A stretch of 64,000 nucleotides of DNA from Octopus sinensis (taxonomy: Eukaryota), in assembly GCF_006345805.1 (NCBI RefSeq), contig NC_043002.1, positions 78,182,001 through 78,246,000 on the forward strand, written 5' to 3'. A model generated the notes under the pieces. The model made no database searches. It saw only the letters and a program-made list of their open reading frames with translations, and was not told where the DNA came from. This document shows, in pieces, positions 12,364-25,695 of the stretch; positions within the stretch are counted from its first letter, which is position 1, and every line of letters begins with the position of its first letter. The translations under genes and the position numbers were made by a program.

Positions 12364-12543
12364 TTAGTGTCCAAGGCCATCTATGACTATAGCGCTGCTG
12401 ACACTGATGAGGTTTCATTTATGGAAGGTGATATCATTATCCATTGCCAGCCGATTGATCAGGGTTGGATGGAAGGCACTGTTGAACGAACGGGTGAACG
12501 AGGAATGTTGCCTTCCAACTATGTACAAACACAATCAGCATGA
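12364..12543 (+). CDS. LASP1: LASP-family gene, terminal exon encoding the C-terminal nebulin-family SH3 domain
   Basis: Acceptor ttgtcttgcag ends 12363. [59 protein letters not shown] closely matches the LASP1 SH3 (YDYSAADEDEVSF...[24 protein letters not shown]). Confidence 0.93.
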   Translation, partial: LVSKAIYDYSAADTDEVSFMEGDIIIHCQPIDQGWMEGTVERTGERGMLPSNYVQTQSA

Positions 12544-14351
12544 GAAGCTGAAAGCTAACTCTCCTCTGAAAATTGCCTATTATAGCCTGCGTCTCAGACC
12601 TTTGATTCCCCCACCCCTCCAGCTTTCCCCCCAAATCAGGCTAGGCCTATCAAATTTAAGATTTCGATACACATATACCTATATAGTTGATAATGTTTTG
12701 TGAAAACTTTCTTGTAGTTCAACATCTCTACTAATTATTAGTTATTTACTGTTGCACCTATTTCCTTCGTTATTTATTTGATTTTTTTTTTCATGTCCTT
12801 CTTTTTTTCCTTCTTGAATGAGTATTTAATCCTCTTTAGATTTTTTTAAAAAATGCTTTGGAAACAGTCCCGCCTCCCAGCCCCTTCTAATGAGAATAAC
12901 TTCCTCTGTGCCTCCTTTTGTTATTTTGCTCCGATTTGTTTTTGCTTGTCTTGTTAAACACTTTGCATTGAGTGTTTACATATTGACTTTGGCACAGCTC
13001 CTTCTTGAAGCACTGCAGCCACTCAGTTATTTTCACTCGAGTGCTGTCTAACATTAACTTCCTTGGTTTTATCTATTTTTAAAAATTATTTGATCAGTTA
13101 CTTTAGAATTTTCAAAGACACTGACCTGCTTCATATTATTTTTCCTTTTGTTTGCAGTAATTTAGACTATGAAATAGAATATTAAGTTTTGTATTTAAAA
13201 ATGACTTTTCATTTACTAATTGATAAGGAAATCTAATAAACTGACCTCAGACTACAATAACTGTTTTAGGAGTCCAGTATGCTGCATATTTTCTTCATTC
13301 ATGCATAAAAAACAAACTGTTTGATGGATCAATGCTTATTGGAACATAAGCTCGCATACCATCAGATGATCAGAAACTCCTTAGCACAATATAAACCTGA
13401 TTAAACTGGTCCTTAATATTTGCAACATAAATAAATTCAATTATATATTTTCAGCTAATCTTGATATTAAAACTTTTTCTCAATTTAAAATTCTTATTTA
13501 TTTATATTTTTTTTAATAACAATTTCGTCTTTAAAATGCTTCTTCTTTTAATTTTTTTTATATATAGCTATATATATATTCTGGTATTTCTGTAAGCATT
13601 CTTGAAGGGCATGGCCATATTTTTTTAATTCTCTCTTTCTCCCTCTACTATGATTAATTTCATGTGGGGAAAGTTCCCACTGTCAGATTTCAGCCAGTGC
13701 TCAAACAGCTCTCTTTCTTCTGGGTGTCAGGTGAATGCTATGTCATTCTGTCTGATACCTAGCATCTGTTCACAGGTGCCCACAGGAAGCCTTATTGTAC
13801 CCTGGCTGCTGCAGCTTCCTGCAACTAGGGGATGTTACTGTTAACATTGCTTGTAAATATTAGCTTTCCTTTTTATTTTATTATTATTTTTAATTTCCAT
13901 TTTGTTTTATTTACTCAAACATACTATAAAATATAATTTATACATTGTCCATTTTTTTTTTGTCATAATTTGAATGTGTAATACTTGGCCATAATCTGCG
14001 CACGGTCTAAATATATTTTATGAAGATTCTGGGTAAAAATGAAAAGACTCTGAAGCAATACAAATCTCCTTAACAATGACTTCCTTTTAAAATAATTTCA
14101 TCTTATTTTATCCTCTTGAAATTGATCGACCCAATGTGTAACTGAGGAAAAGCAATTAGTAATATGTGAATAACATGTGACAATGATATATTTCTGAAAT
14201 GCTGGCTCAACTAACTTGGAGATTTTCTGTTTGGCTGCCCTCTAGAACTTTTGAAAGTCTGAACTAGTTCCACTGGCACAAGTGTTACATTTAGTAACAT
14301 AGTATATAGCATTGGTTTTATAATTATTATTTTTTGTTTATCTTTTTTATT

Positions 14352-14440
14352 AATAAAATTCATGAAACTATTTTTTTTTTTTTTTTTGGAAATAAAAGTT
14401 GTTTCAGAAATGATTTGTATGAAGTGTAGATTTTTTTTTT
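14352..14440 (+). terminator. Probable proximal polyadenylation region of the LASP gene
   Basis: AATAAA at 14352 and 14391, followed by a GU/U-rich downstream element, ending a U-rich 3' UTR. Further AATAAA+GU sites at ~15256 and 16686/16718. Confidence 0.55.
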
Positions 14441-17400
14441 CGAATCTTTACTTCTTTATCTCCCTGCTGACCCTGTTATATCTGTATAACTATGTCTAGT
14501 CTCTAAAACATGGACATTCTATAGACAATAAAAGAAAAAAGACAGTTCCTGGAGTTCTAGTTCTATGTATGTACACACATTTACACACCTGCATGTGCAC
14601 ATGTACAACATTTGCATGTATGTTATTTCAAGGTTGTGATTTTCAATTAGAGAAAACCCTACAAAACAAACGAAATAAAAAAAAAACAAATCATTGCTCG
14701 TACTGTCTACTCTAAGATTTGGTAATGGTTATGCCAGTTGGGTGTTATTTAAATTATGGTTGTGACATGATTTATCGGAATTTTATTTATTTTAAACATT
14801 TTAGATTAAAGGACACGTTTTGTGTTGATAATCTCCCTTTATTTCTTAGTTACTCAAATGCCTTCCCAACCCTGGATTTTTATTAAAGCTATCCTTGTTT
14901 TACTGAAGGATGTGGATTAATGCAACAAGACCTGATGAATTACAACACTTTGTACAGCTAATTTCTTTTACTTTGAAATTCAAATTGTAATTGGGATGAG
15001 AGAATTTGTAATATTTCTTGACTTCTTGCATGCTTCTAAGGTTTATTGTGGAATTCTGTTACCATATAAAAATCTATTTAGGAGACAAGAAAATTATTAA
15101 AAAAAAAATCTATAAAATAACTTTTTTCTCTCTCCTTTTTTGAAAATCTTTTTCGTTCTTTAAATTGTGGCACAATTTTGTATAATTCTTTTTTTTTTTT
15201 CTCTTTCTGATTTGACTATTCTAAAAAAATAGTTATCAAGAAAACAAAAAGTTGAAATAAAACTCTGGGTTTAACTAGAAAAATGTTTTGTGGAGTTGTC
15301 AGTTGTAGATGTCTATTTGTAAATTAGTGTAAATCAGTATATTGTTGTATTTGCTCTTGAAGTTCATTCTTCTAGTGTCTTTAGACAAACCGATTCAGTA
15401 ACTTCTTGGGTAGAGAAAATAAATGAAATTCTTTTAGTGGTTCTTTTAGCCAATGAACTGCCATTTTTATGGTTGAGTGAGATTTTACTTTAGTTAGGAA
15501 AAAACAGTTCCACAGAGAAAGACATTTAATAAATTCAGTATCATTAGATATAGTAAATGTCAGTGGTCTGAAATGTTTTCAAAGGTAATTGAGAAATTTC
15601 AAATTTGATTAGTAGCCATAGCCTTAAGATGAATAATGCAACAGCAGTTAAAATTTCATGGGAAACTGATAATGAAAGTAAAATTAGAAAAATATTTTAA
15701 AACTTAATAGTTCAAATGGGCTGCTTAATTTAAAGGATAATTTTATGGGTTAACTAAAATAAAAATGCAAGGAAATTATGGTTTTTTAGCTGCATGACAG
15801 GATGTTTTTTTTTTCTTCTCAATATGCCAGCAATATAATTGAAAAGTTTGTTCTTTTGAAGTCAGGAATTCAAGTACAGACACATCTATAAATGATGTAA
15901 GAGGTAAATGCATATTTTACTTTAGTGTTCTAGCTAACCAATGTTTGCTGAAACCTGAGTTGAGCTAACCATCTAAGTGGATTTGTAGAGTCTTTGAGTA
16001 TTAAGAAAAAAAAGATGTTTTAATCTAATGGAACATCATGTTTTGTAGTTGAAGAATTCAGTGTGTGTGTGTGCGTGCATAACTACTTTTCTCTTCGAAA
16101 TTTACATATGGTAGACTTGCTATCTATGAAATTTTTTTAAAAAATGTTTAATTCTGATTATAATCTTTTAGAGACTTTAATCTGAAAACAGAGATTTGGG
16201 ATTTGAAATCAGATCACTACAGCCACATAAAATATATTTTGATAGTTTGTACTTAAAGAATGTCAATTGTTTTTTTTTTTCTTTCACTTGTAGATTGACT
16301 AACGTGATATGGTAATTAATTAATAATAAATAAATCTCCAGTAGAAGTAATACATCTGTTAGCTTCTGGAACTGTGGATTTTTTATTTTTTAAATCCTTT
16401 CTTTACATAATTATTACAAGAAGAATTTAATATTTATTATCTTCAGCTACAAGAATCAGTAACGTATTGTTTCTTAGAATTTCTATCTAGTAATTATTTC
16501 TACTTTTAAATTTACATTCTTGGAAGTAGCATATGTAAACAATTTTTTTAGCCACAGCCTGTCTAATATTGGTACTTTTGCTCCAGAAACATCTGTAGAA
16601 CAGTCATTCAACAGTTGACAGAATTTAAGAATGTGCCTTTGTAACCACTGGCAGCAGTCAAATTGTCAGGAGAATAAATAGTAACAATAAAAGGTTCAAA
16701 AGACTACAAAAAATATTAATAAAAACAGTACATCTTGGTTGTTTTTGTCACTTCAATCTTTTATTTTTTTTTCTCCAAATAACTGGTGTAGATGTGATTT
16801 GATTTCTTAATCTGCTTAATTTTTTAAAATTTATTTTATTTTTTAAATTTTTATTTATTTAATTTTTTTCTTTTTCTTTTTTAAGTTGAAGTTATTTTTC
16901 TGACTGAAATCCTTTTGTGTTGAGTTCTCTGTAGAAAAATGTGCTGAAATGACTTTCAATTGAGTTTGATATGTATATAATTTCACTTCTTGAACAAATA
17001 AATTTATTCCAAAGATGAAACAAATTCTTTATAAGAGTAAGGAGTATTTTAGTCATGCATTCACCATTGTGGGAGATACAAGTTTTTTTTCTTTTTAAAT
17101 ATTGCAACTCCTTTTTTTTTTTTTTTTTTTAATTTAAAAAAAAAAACAGCTAAAATGTTTGGAAGCCTCAACTGTATCCCAATTAATAGATCTTCCTTCA
17201 TTTGGCTACAAAATATAAATAGTTACAGAAATGGAAGGTTTTGGGAAAGAAAGAAAAAAAAAAATCGGTGGGTAGAGAGAATTGCTGCCAACCAGAGCTG
17301 GAGATTAGGTTGGTTATAATCAATCTAATACATAACTAGAAATTAATGTCAACACTATGGCAAAGTTAGAAGAGAACTTATTTGATTTGCTGCAATGTAA

Positions 17401-18867
17401 ATACAATATATAGAGTGGAATTTCATTGGCTATGATGAAGTAAGAAAACATCAGTTCTTATATTGTGGTGTATTTTATGTACAGATCATCACAAGAAATC
17501 CATCACAAAATAAACTTCAATAATAACTAGGTTGAATTTTAGTTGCAGCAAACCTTTTAAAGATTTAACTATTTGTATAAATATCTTAAAAGCAAGCCAT
17601 AAATTTCTCTCACTTTTCTAACATGCATTCAAACAAAAGCTAATTCATTTCATCAATTTTTTTTAAACAATAGTTTTTCTAGTTGAACAAGCAACCTATT
17701 GAAGTTAATACTTTAGTGTTTGTCAATCTAGTGAACAATTTTATCTGTTGTGGGTAAATTAATTAAGAAAACCTCAAAACTACATTATAGTATCATCGTT
17801 TTGAGTTGAAAAATCTGTGGTCACTTCAGCTACACTGAATGTTAGTGGTCTCTTGCTAAACTAAATATGAAGACTTACTAACATCACAAATTACAACAAA
17901 CTGTATATATTATATAAAAATCTATTTTAATGTCTTTCAAAATCAGACATCAGTTTGATTAATTGTAAAAGATATAGATATATATTAACTCCATATCTTA
18001 TTTTAAAGTTTCTAAGTGAGATTTGCTTGCTCTTTCTATTCAAGATCTAAGTCAAATTTTGGCTTCTCGCGATCAAAACTAGGAGTAACATATAGAAATT
18101 GAAAAACTTGTTTCCATGATCTAATTTCTATTCAGCTATTACTTAAGATGTTCATCAAATCAATAAAAAGTTACTTATAAGTTGCAAAAATGATAACCCC
18201 AAAAAATAATCTCTGCTTCCTCCAAAATAATTAATTTAGTTAACAAATAAAGCTCCAGAGTGATTTTGTTTTTACGCTGATCAATTCCGATCTTGAAACC
18301 AATGGAAACTAAAAAGTAAAGTTTATACTTGAACTAAGCAAATGTTTTTTTTATACCTAGCTTCTTAACTTAAATCATAATTCATTCATTCTTTTATTCT
18401 CATTTACAACTTGAAAAAAAAAAAAAATTTTTAAATAGAAAAACGAATTTACATTATAGCCAATGAAGGAAAATTTGAGAATTACTTTAAAAATGAGAGA
18501 AAAAAAAATAACTAGCTAAAAGAAAAATCTTGTAAGCCACTCCCAAATCAAAGTTGAAGGTTAAAATGGCAATGAGCAGCAATGACAAAGAATTTGTTAC
18601 CAGAGAATGTGGCAAAGTGGTCCTAAGGTTGCTAGCAGACAAATACTTCATAAATCATCAAAGAGTTGCTCCAGTTTTTTTTCTTTTTCTACATCTTATT
18701 ACAAGCAAAGATGCTGCAGATCTAATATACCTTGGCATTGTCACATTGTGCATTTCAGTTGAATGTTTTGCTAAAAGATTTAATCAACTAGACACAGAAG
18801 AAAGCTTTGTTACTTTGAGCTGAAGAATAATTAAAAAAATTAAAGTGGGAGGAATTTACAGTACAGA

Positions 18868-18930
18868 ATAATAAAAATACAGAAGACAACACATTACTTT
18901 TCCACATGAGAACATTATACAAATTTTATT
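18868..18930 (-). terminator. Probable minus-strand polyadenylation site (candidate distal EPC1 3' end)
   Basis: TTTATT at 18925-18930 (AATAAA on -), followed on - by GTGTTGTCTTCTGTATTTTTATT (18892-18870), a classic GU/U-rich downstream element. Confidence 0.5.
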
Positions 18931-20319
18931 TTTCATATGAAATTGGTGTGTCACACCAGAATATCACAGATAGACAGTCTATCATTGCGCATGTTACCTG
19001 CAATCAGAGCCTCCCCCCCTCCAATCCAACAACTATGAACAGTCGCACCACATTCGGTTCATTTCTCACCAACGAACCTCAAGTGTGTCTCCATCATAGT
19101 TACCCGACTCCTACTGCTAACCCAAAGGAGAAGTTGGAGTAGGTGGGGGCATTGAAGGGAGAGTGAGGAGGCAGTAGTACTTTCAGCATTCTCAAGGGGG
19201 GGAACCACAACCAGCAGTTAATTAAAAAAAAAAAAACATTGTAACATGAGTGGATGGACATGTGACCAATCTAAGACCTTCGTTCTGAAGGAAGTTTGGG
19301 CAATTCTTTTTTTCTTTCCCCTTTTTTATTTTTATTATTTTTTTTTTTTACAAACGTAGCATAGTTTTTTTTTTAATAACTGATAATTAAGGGCAACTCA
19401 ACAAAAGAGCTGTTGTATGTTTATGACAGTGAATATATGTGAATAGAGAGTAGATAAAAGGCAGAGGAAGGAGGAGAAAATGGTGCTACTTCAGTCATGA
19501 CATTGTATGTATCCTTGGGCTTGCCCAAGAACACATATGCACAAACACACATACACAAACGCACAAAATTATAATAAATAAAAATGTAGTATTTAAAAAA
19601 TGAATTACTGCTGCTAACAATCAGAACTTCAAGATCTCATACAAAATGCTTCAGGTCATTAGGAAAGTAAAAACCATGCTATTGGAAACGCATCAAAATG
19701 AAACAGTAAAAGTGAGAATGGGCAAACAACCCCTGCTGCCAAAAGTAGAGCATATTATTCAAGTTCCACATATAAAATGGTATTAAAAATAAAAAAAAAA
19801 AGCAAGAAAGAGAGAAGGAAGGAAGAGGGCAGGGTAATGTTGGTTGTATAAATATTGAATAGTTTTAGAGAATTCTGTTAGAGTTTGTTAGTTTCTTTTT
19901 AACTCCTCTCCAATATTGCAGGATTTTTTAATTATTGTTTCTTGTCAAAATAGTCTACATGGTATTAAATTTTCATGGTATTATCAATTTTTTTTTCCTT
20001 CTTTCAGTAAGAAATAAACTTTAATTGGCATTAAAAAGAACTCTTATGAACCAACACGTACAAAAAAAAAAAACGCAAAAAACAAAAAAAAATAATAAAT
20101 AAAAGAAAAGATCGTTTTCCTTGGGAAGGGCATGTTATTAAAAAAAAAAAATCTTTTTTTTTTGCGAAGGTCTGCCTGTTGCTTCTGGAAACAGCACTCA
20201 GTTCTAATAATGAGACTAAGAAAGAATCAGCATGCAAACGCACAGAATCATGCACACACATTCACGCACAGCTACACAGATGACAAGGGTAACTTGTGAA
20301 AATAATTACCACTAGTTAC

Positions 20320-20370
20320 ATTATATATACAGACACACACACACATATGTATATATATATTATATATATG

Positions 20371-20433
<63 letters not shown>

Positions 20434-20441
20434 GTATATAT

Positions 20442-20473
<32 letters not shown>

Positions 20474-20478
20474 TATGT

Positions 20479-20509
<31 letters not shown>

Positions 20510-20539
20510 ATATATATGTATATATATATATATATATGT

Positions 20540-20570
<31 letters not shown>

Positions 20571-20593
20571 TATATATGTATATATATATATTA

Positions 20594-20631
<38 letters not shown>

Positions 20632-20695
20632 ATATATATATATTGTATATATATATATATATGTATGTATATATATATGTATATATATATATGTG

Positions 20696-20753
<58 letters not shown>

Positions 20754-20808
20754 TTATATATGTATATATATATATATGTATATTATATATATATATATTA
20801 TATATATG

Positions 20809-20842
<34 letters not shown>

Positions 20843-21365
20843 TGTATATACATATATGTATATATATATATCTATATATATACACACATATATGTATATA
20901 TATATACATATATGTATATATACATACATATATGTATATATACATACATATATGTATATACATATATGTATATACATATATGTATATACACATATATGTA
21001 TATACATACATATATGTATATATATACACATATGTATATATATACACACACATGTATATATATACACACACATGTATATATATACACACATATATGTATA
21101 TATATACACACATATATGTATATATATACATATATATGTATATATACATACATATATATGTATATATACACACATATATGTATATATATATACACATGTA
21201 TATATATATATATATACACACACATGTATATATATATATTTATACACACACATATATGTGTGCGTATATATATATATATATCCATATATATGTGTATATA
21301 TATATGTATATATATATTCGCATATATATGTGAATATATATATATAAATATATATAATTAAATAT
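20320..21365. repeat. ~1 kb compound (TA)n/(TATG)/(TACA) microsatellite
   Basis: Directly visible; produces the spurious Y/I/M/C ORFs in all frames. Confidence 0.98.
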
Positions 21366-23029
21366 ATAGCACTAAAATATTGTGAGAGGAGGAGAGAGCT
21401 TTTTAAGATGAGAGAAATGGATGAAAAGTTGGTTTGGCAATAAAAGGATGACATTAACCAGACACACCTGCCTTGATTAGAGCAAGCACACTAACAACTG
21501 TAGTTTCCATAGTCAGGAAACTCGGTGGGTGTGATCAGAGTAAACAACAACTACTTCACAACAGTTGACTGTAAGACTATTTTTTAAAGTCTACTACCAG
21601 TATTGAACAGGAGAATTCATAATTAAATCTTGCAGATTTTTTTTCTTAAAAAAAGTTTATGAGGTGTATGTATTAGTGATTTTTTCATTAGTTTTGTTCT
21701 TTTTTTGAATTTTGTTTATTTAATTTTTTTTCAAAGAAAACCATTTGCACACATTTTTTTACCTATATAATAGATTTTGTGTTTTTCTTCAGTAAGTGAA
21801 AGCAACAAAGTATGTGGCCATATTTTTACCAAGCAAGACAAAAACAACACAAAAAATGAGAGAAAAGAGAGGGTCAGATGTAAATAACCTTGCTTCAATA
21901 GAAATAAATGCTTTTTTTTTTTGTTTGAATATAAAACGTTTTGAGTCAGAGGAAGTGTTGTTGGAGTAAACACACAGATAACAAGACATGGATTTAGTAT
22001 TGAAAAGAACTGTTTAAAGTAGTTTTGATGGTATGGTCATTCGAAGAGACAGAGGAACTTGAAAATTACAAATCTTTAAAAACTGCTAGGAAAAAAAAAT
22101 TTAAGAATTAGTTTTTCTTCATGTATCTTACTTTTAAGTTAAGAATATATGGTTTGGCAAAAACTAAATGTTTTTTTTTTTTTATTTGAATGATTCTTAT
22201 ATTGTATTTGTATATTTATACTATCAAACATTCAGACAGGAATAATAATAAAAAAAAATGGTTATCTTAACTTTTGATTTTGTTTACTAAAATAGATAGG
22301 GAGCACTTCAAGCTATGGCCCCTAGACAAGAAATCAAACTCATCCTGTATCTGCTATGATAAATTGAGTTGATGGTATATATTCTATAATGACATGGCTG
22401 GTTATGATGTCAAATTAGTTGACTATTCACAAAGATGCAATAAGAAAACTAGAAACAAACTTATAATTGAAGAAATGCTCTCTTTAACTGTGAAACAAAA
22501 TTTTAAAATTTGAACAGCACACATGAATCAATGAGAACAAATAAGGAAACACCGTTAAAATTATATGCCCCATGAAGAAACAGTGGTAAGGGAATGTTGA
22601 AGCTGTGTCTACCAGTTGGCAGAAACAAGAGCCTAATGCTAGCAATAACCTTAAGAAATTATCCACCAGACATCATGAAGACAAATTTACTTGGTACAAA
22701 TGAAAAAGAAAACTTGCTAGATACAACAGCCACATTACACCTTACAAAAGAAAAGAAGTAAAAAACAAAGGGATAAACTTGATAACATAATCTTGAATGC
22801 ACTATGAATAAAAGCAACAAAGGTCACAGTTGGAACGCATTTGATCATAGGCTTGCTTTATTTTCAGAGCCGTCCTGAGGTTACAAAATGCAATTTCCTT
22901 TCAGCTAAGAGAAGACAAGGAAGAAATTAGAACTGAATCAAAATATAAAGGGATATCACAGAAAGAAAGAGAAAGTTGTGAAAAAAGGGAGGTAATTGAA
23001 AAGAGTCTTCTTTTTACTATTGGATAAGA

Positions 23030-23215
23030 TCAGCAAATTCTGTGGGAGGGAGGTTAGTCAATTACATTGACCCTAGGGCTTGACTGGTACTTATTTTATC
23101 AATCCCGAGAGGTTAAAAGATAAAGTCAACCTTGGCAGAATTTGAAACTAGAACATAAAGTGCTGGAAAAATGATGCTAAGCATTTTGTTTGAGGTGCTA
23201 ACGATTCTACCAGTG
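23030..23215 (-). mobile_element. tRNA-derived SINE (family B)
   Basis: ACTGGTACTTATTTTATC...AAAGTCAACCTTGGCAGAATTTGAA...GCTAACGATTCTACCAG; homologous copies at 26515, 33325, 42282 and 54420. Confidence 0.7.
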
Positions 23216-23360
23216 TTCCAGTTAAAGGTAACTGGAAGAATAAAAGTGATAATGTCTGGGTATTGCCTTTGCTACATCTTAAACAAAATCTTAAGACAAT
23301 GCTGCAATGAACCAAAATAAGAACAAATGTGAAACAACAGAATCATTCAACTGATATCTC

Positions 23361-23714
23361 TCCTTTACTCGTTTCAGTCATTTTGACTGCGGCCATGCTG
23401 GAGCACCGCCTTTAATCGAGCAACTCGACCCCAGGACTTATTCTTTTGCTGAACCGCTAAGTAACGGGGACATAAACACACTAGCATCGGTTGTCAAGCA
23501 ACGCTAGGGGGACACAGACACACACATACATATATATATATACATATATACGACGGGCTTCTTTTCAGTTTCCGTCTACCAAATCCACTCACAAGGCATT
23601 GGTCGGCCCGGGGCTACAGTAGAAGACACTTGCCCAAGGTGCCACGCAGTGGGACTGAACCCGGAACCACGTGGTTGGTAAGCAAGCTACTTACCACACA
23701 GCCACTCCTGCGCC
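23361..23714 (-). mobile_element. Young, CpG-rich full-length SINE (family A)
   Basis: Minus strand starts GGCGCAGGAGTGGCTGTGTGGTAAGTAGCTTG...GGTTCAGTCCC; CpGs are retained. Confidence 0.9.
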
Positions 23715-24183
23715 TATATACATATATATTGGACGCACAATGTAAAAGCGTACTTTTGATGCAAGTCTGATGAAGTGCAAAACTAATGTCTAAAACCGCA
23801 AACATTATGTAAATTTTCACTTCAAATTTTTGCATAGACTGGTGTTGCAAGCAGAGTTAGTACAGAAACAATCGTAACAAATCATTAAAGATGTGTTAAA
23901 GGATTCCTGTGTCTTCTGATTATTTGGATTATATTTATATATATATAATCAACATGTAGGGCACCAGGATTGGGCCAAGTACTTAGTATTTAGCCTACAG
24001 TAGCCAACTCATCATTCTCATTTGTTGGTAGTATATTGAATGTATGTATGTATATATGTACACACACACATCTATATCAATATCTATATATAAATATATA
24101 CATAGGTACCAAACCCAGGGATGGTTTCATATGTAGCATATGTGTAAAAGAAGAACACAAGTAGGGTTCAAAATTATACATAC

Positions 24184-24221
<38 letters not shown>

Positions 24222-24719
24222 GCTCTTAATCCTATAACAGTATCAGCCAATGTTGTAAGTAAGCCAGTTCATTCCTTAGCTTTAGCTTTGTAAATAGACC
24301 GCAATATAGGCCTCTGCTTCAGAATGCATTACAGATGTGACAATATCTAGATACATAACAGCTGGAGCTGGAGAGGCAGTTGAGCATTTTAGAAGGCATA
24401 TCGTTACTACCATCCTGGGTTTAGCTCTAAAGATAAACTGATAACAGATGTATCTTACAGAATGACATGAAAGCTGTTTACCAATTCTATATACCTGTAT
24501 TACTCTCCCCATTATCCAATAGGTATTTTGTCAAACACTATGTCTGCCTCCCTACTGCTATTCACATAAATGAGGATGACAATGGCAATTGCTTAGATAA
24601 GACTAATGTTATTAAAAAGGTGTTGAGTCAAAAATATAGCTAACAGTAATACAATGACAGTTGACTTCTTTGCATCAACCAACTTTTATTAAGTTGATCA
24701 CAGTAAAATTTTATCTGTT

Positions 24720-25055
24720 ACCTTTTACCTTTTCAGTCATTAGACTGTGGCCATGCTGGGGCACCACCTTGAAGAATTTTTAGTCGAATAAATTGACCCC
24801 AGGACTTTTTTTAAAAGCCTGGTACTTATTCTATCAGTATTTTTTTTTTTTGCCAAACCACTAAGTTATGGGGACATAAACACACCAGCATGTGGTGGTC
24901 GGAGAAAACATACACATGAAAGGTTTCTTCCAATTTCTGTCTATTAAATCCACTCACAAGATCAGCCTGAGGCAATAGCAGAAAACACTTGCCCGAGGTA
25001 CCATGCAGTGGGACTGCACCTGGAATCATGCAGTTGGGAAACAAACTTCTAACCA
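24720..25055 (-). mobile_element. SINE family A copy
   Basis: Homologous to 23361-23714. Confidence 0.8.
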
Positions 25056-25448
25056 GTAACCAAAATGTCTTATAAAGCATCTAGTCTGGTGCTTTACTGT
25101 TTTGGTTATTTTTGTGCTCTAATCATCGGAGCAACAACAATTAGAATTAAAAATTAACAAACCCATCAAGCCCATTTTATACAACAATATACTCCAGAAG
25201 ATAGCATTCACATAGGCTCAGAAGATAATTTCTTTAACGAGCTTTTGACAAAGAAATTTTCGTAAATGGAGAAAGTGAAAAAGAGAAGAAAAGCTTTTTA
25301 ACCTGTATTAATGTTTGATTTTTCTTTGTTTTTTGTTTATCCCTATCTACAAGCTAGAATTAAGGAAATTCAGATACTTAAGGATTTGTAACTAGATGAT
25401 CATTATACAAAAGCACATTCTAGTTTTATAACACACACATCCATACAT

Positions 25449-25488
<40 letters not shown>

Positions 25489-25489
<1 letters not shown>

Positions 25490-25641
25490 CCAGTCGAAAT
25501 TGCAAAGATAATCTGGACCTTGACTGAGAAAAGAAAACTCCAAATGACCCGTCCTTGTTTTCTTTGTATCGTCTGTGTGGATGTTTTGTTGTGCCCTTTT
25601 TGTATCACCTGTCTGGATGTTTTGCGTTCTTGTCTCATTTT

Positions 25642-25643
<2 letters not shown>
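25489..25643. mobile_element. Short Penelope-like fragment inside (TA)n
   Basis: Unique CpG-bearing insert flanked on both sides by (TA)n, the same context as 11093-11505. Confidence 0.4.

Positions 25644-25695
<52 letters not shown>

Noticed and set aside
12607-12632. C-rich tract after the LASP stop (G-quadruplex on the minus strand)
   Set aside because: One G-run is only 2 nt and the G-rich strand is not the mRNA; it may be a poly(C)-binding site, but there is no further support.
13650-13695. SECIS element for read-through of the LASP TGA stop
   Set aside because: ATGA...AAA...GA is present, but helix II pairing and spacing do not fit; read-through would add only EAES and Lasp is not a known selenoprotein.
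19116-19126. Telomerase RNA template (CTAACCC) in the structured island
   Set aside because: Only 7 nt match (CTAACCCAAA rather than CTAACCCTAA), wobble bias favours the opposite strand, and no pseudoknot or H/ACA domain is evident.
20296-21454. Long overlapping ORFs (up to 345 aa) rich in Y/I/M/C/H
   Set aside because: Translation of a (TA)n-based microsatellite that lacks stop codons; not protein coding.
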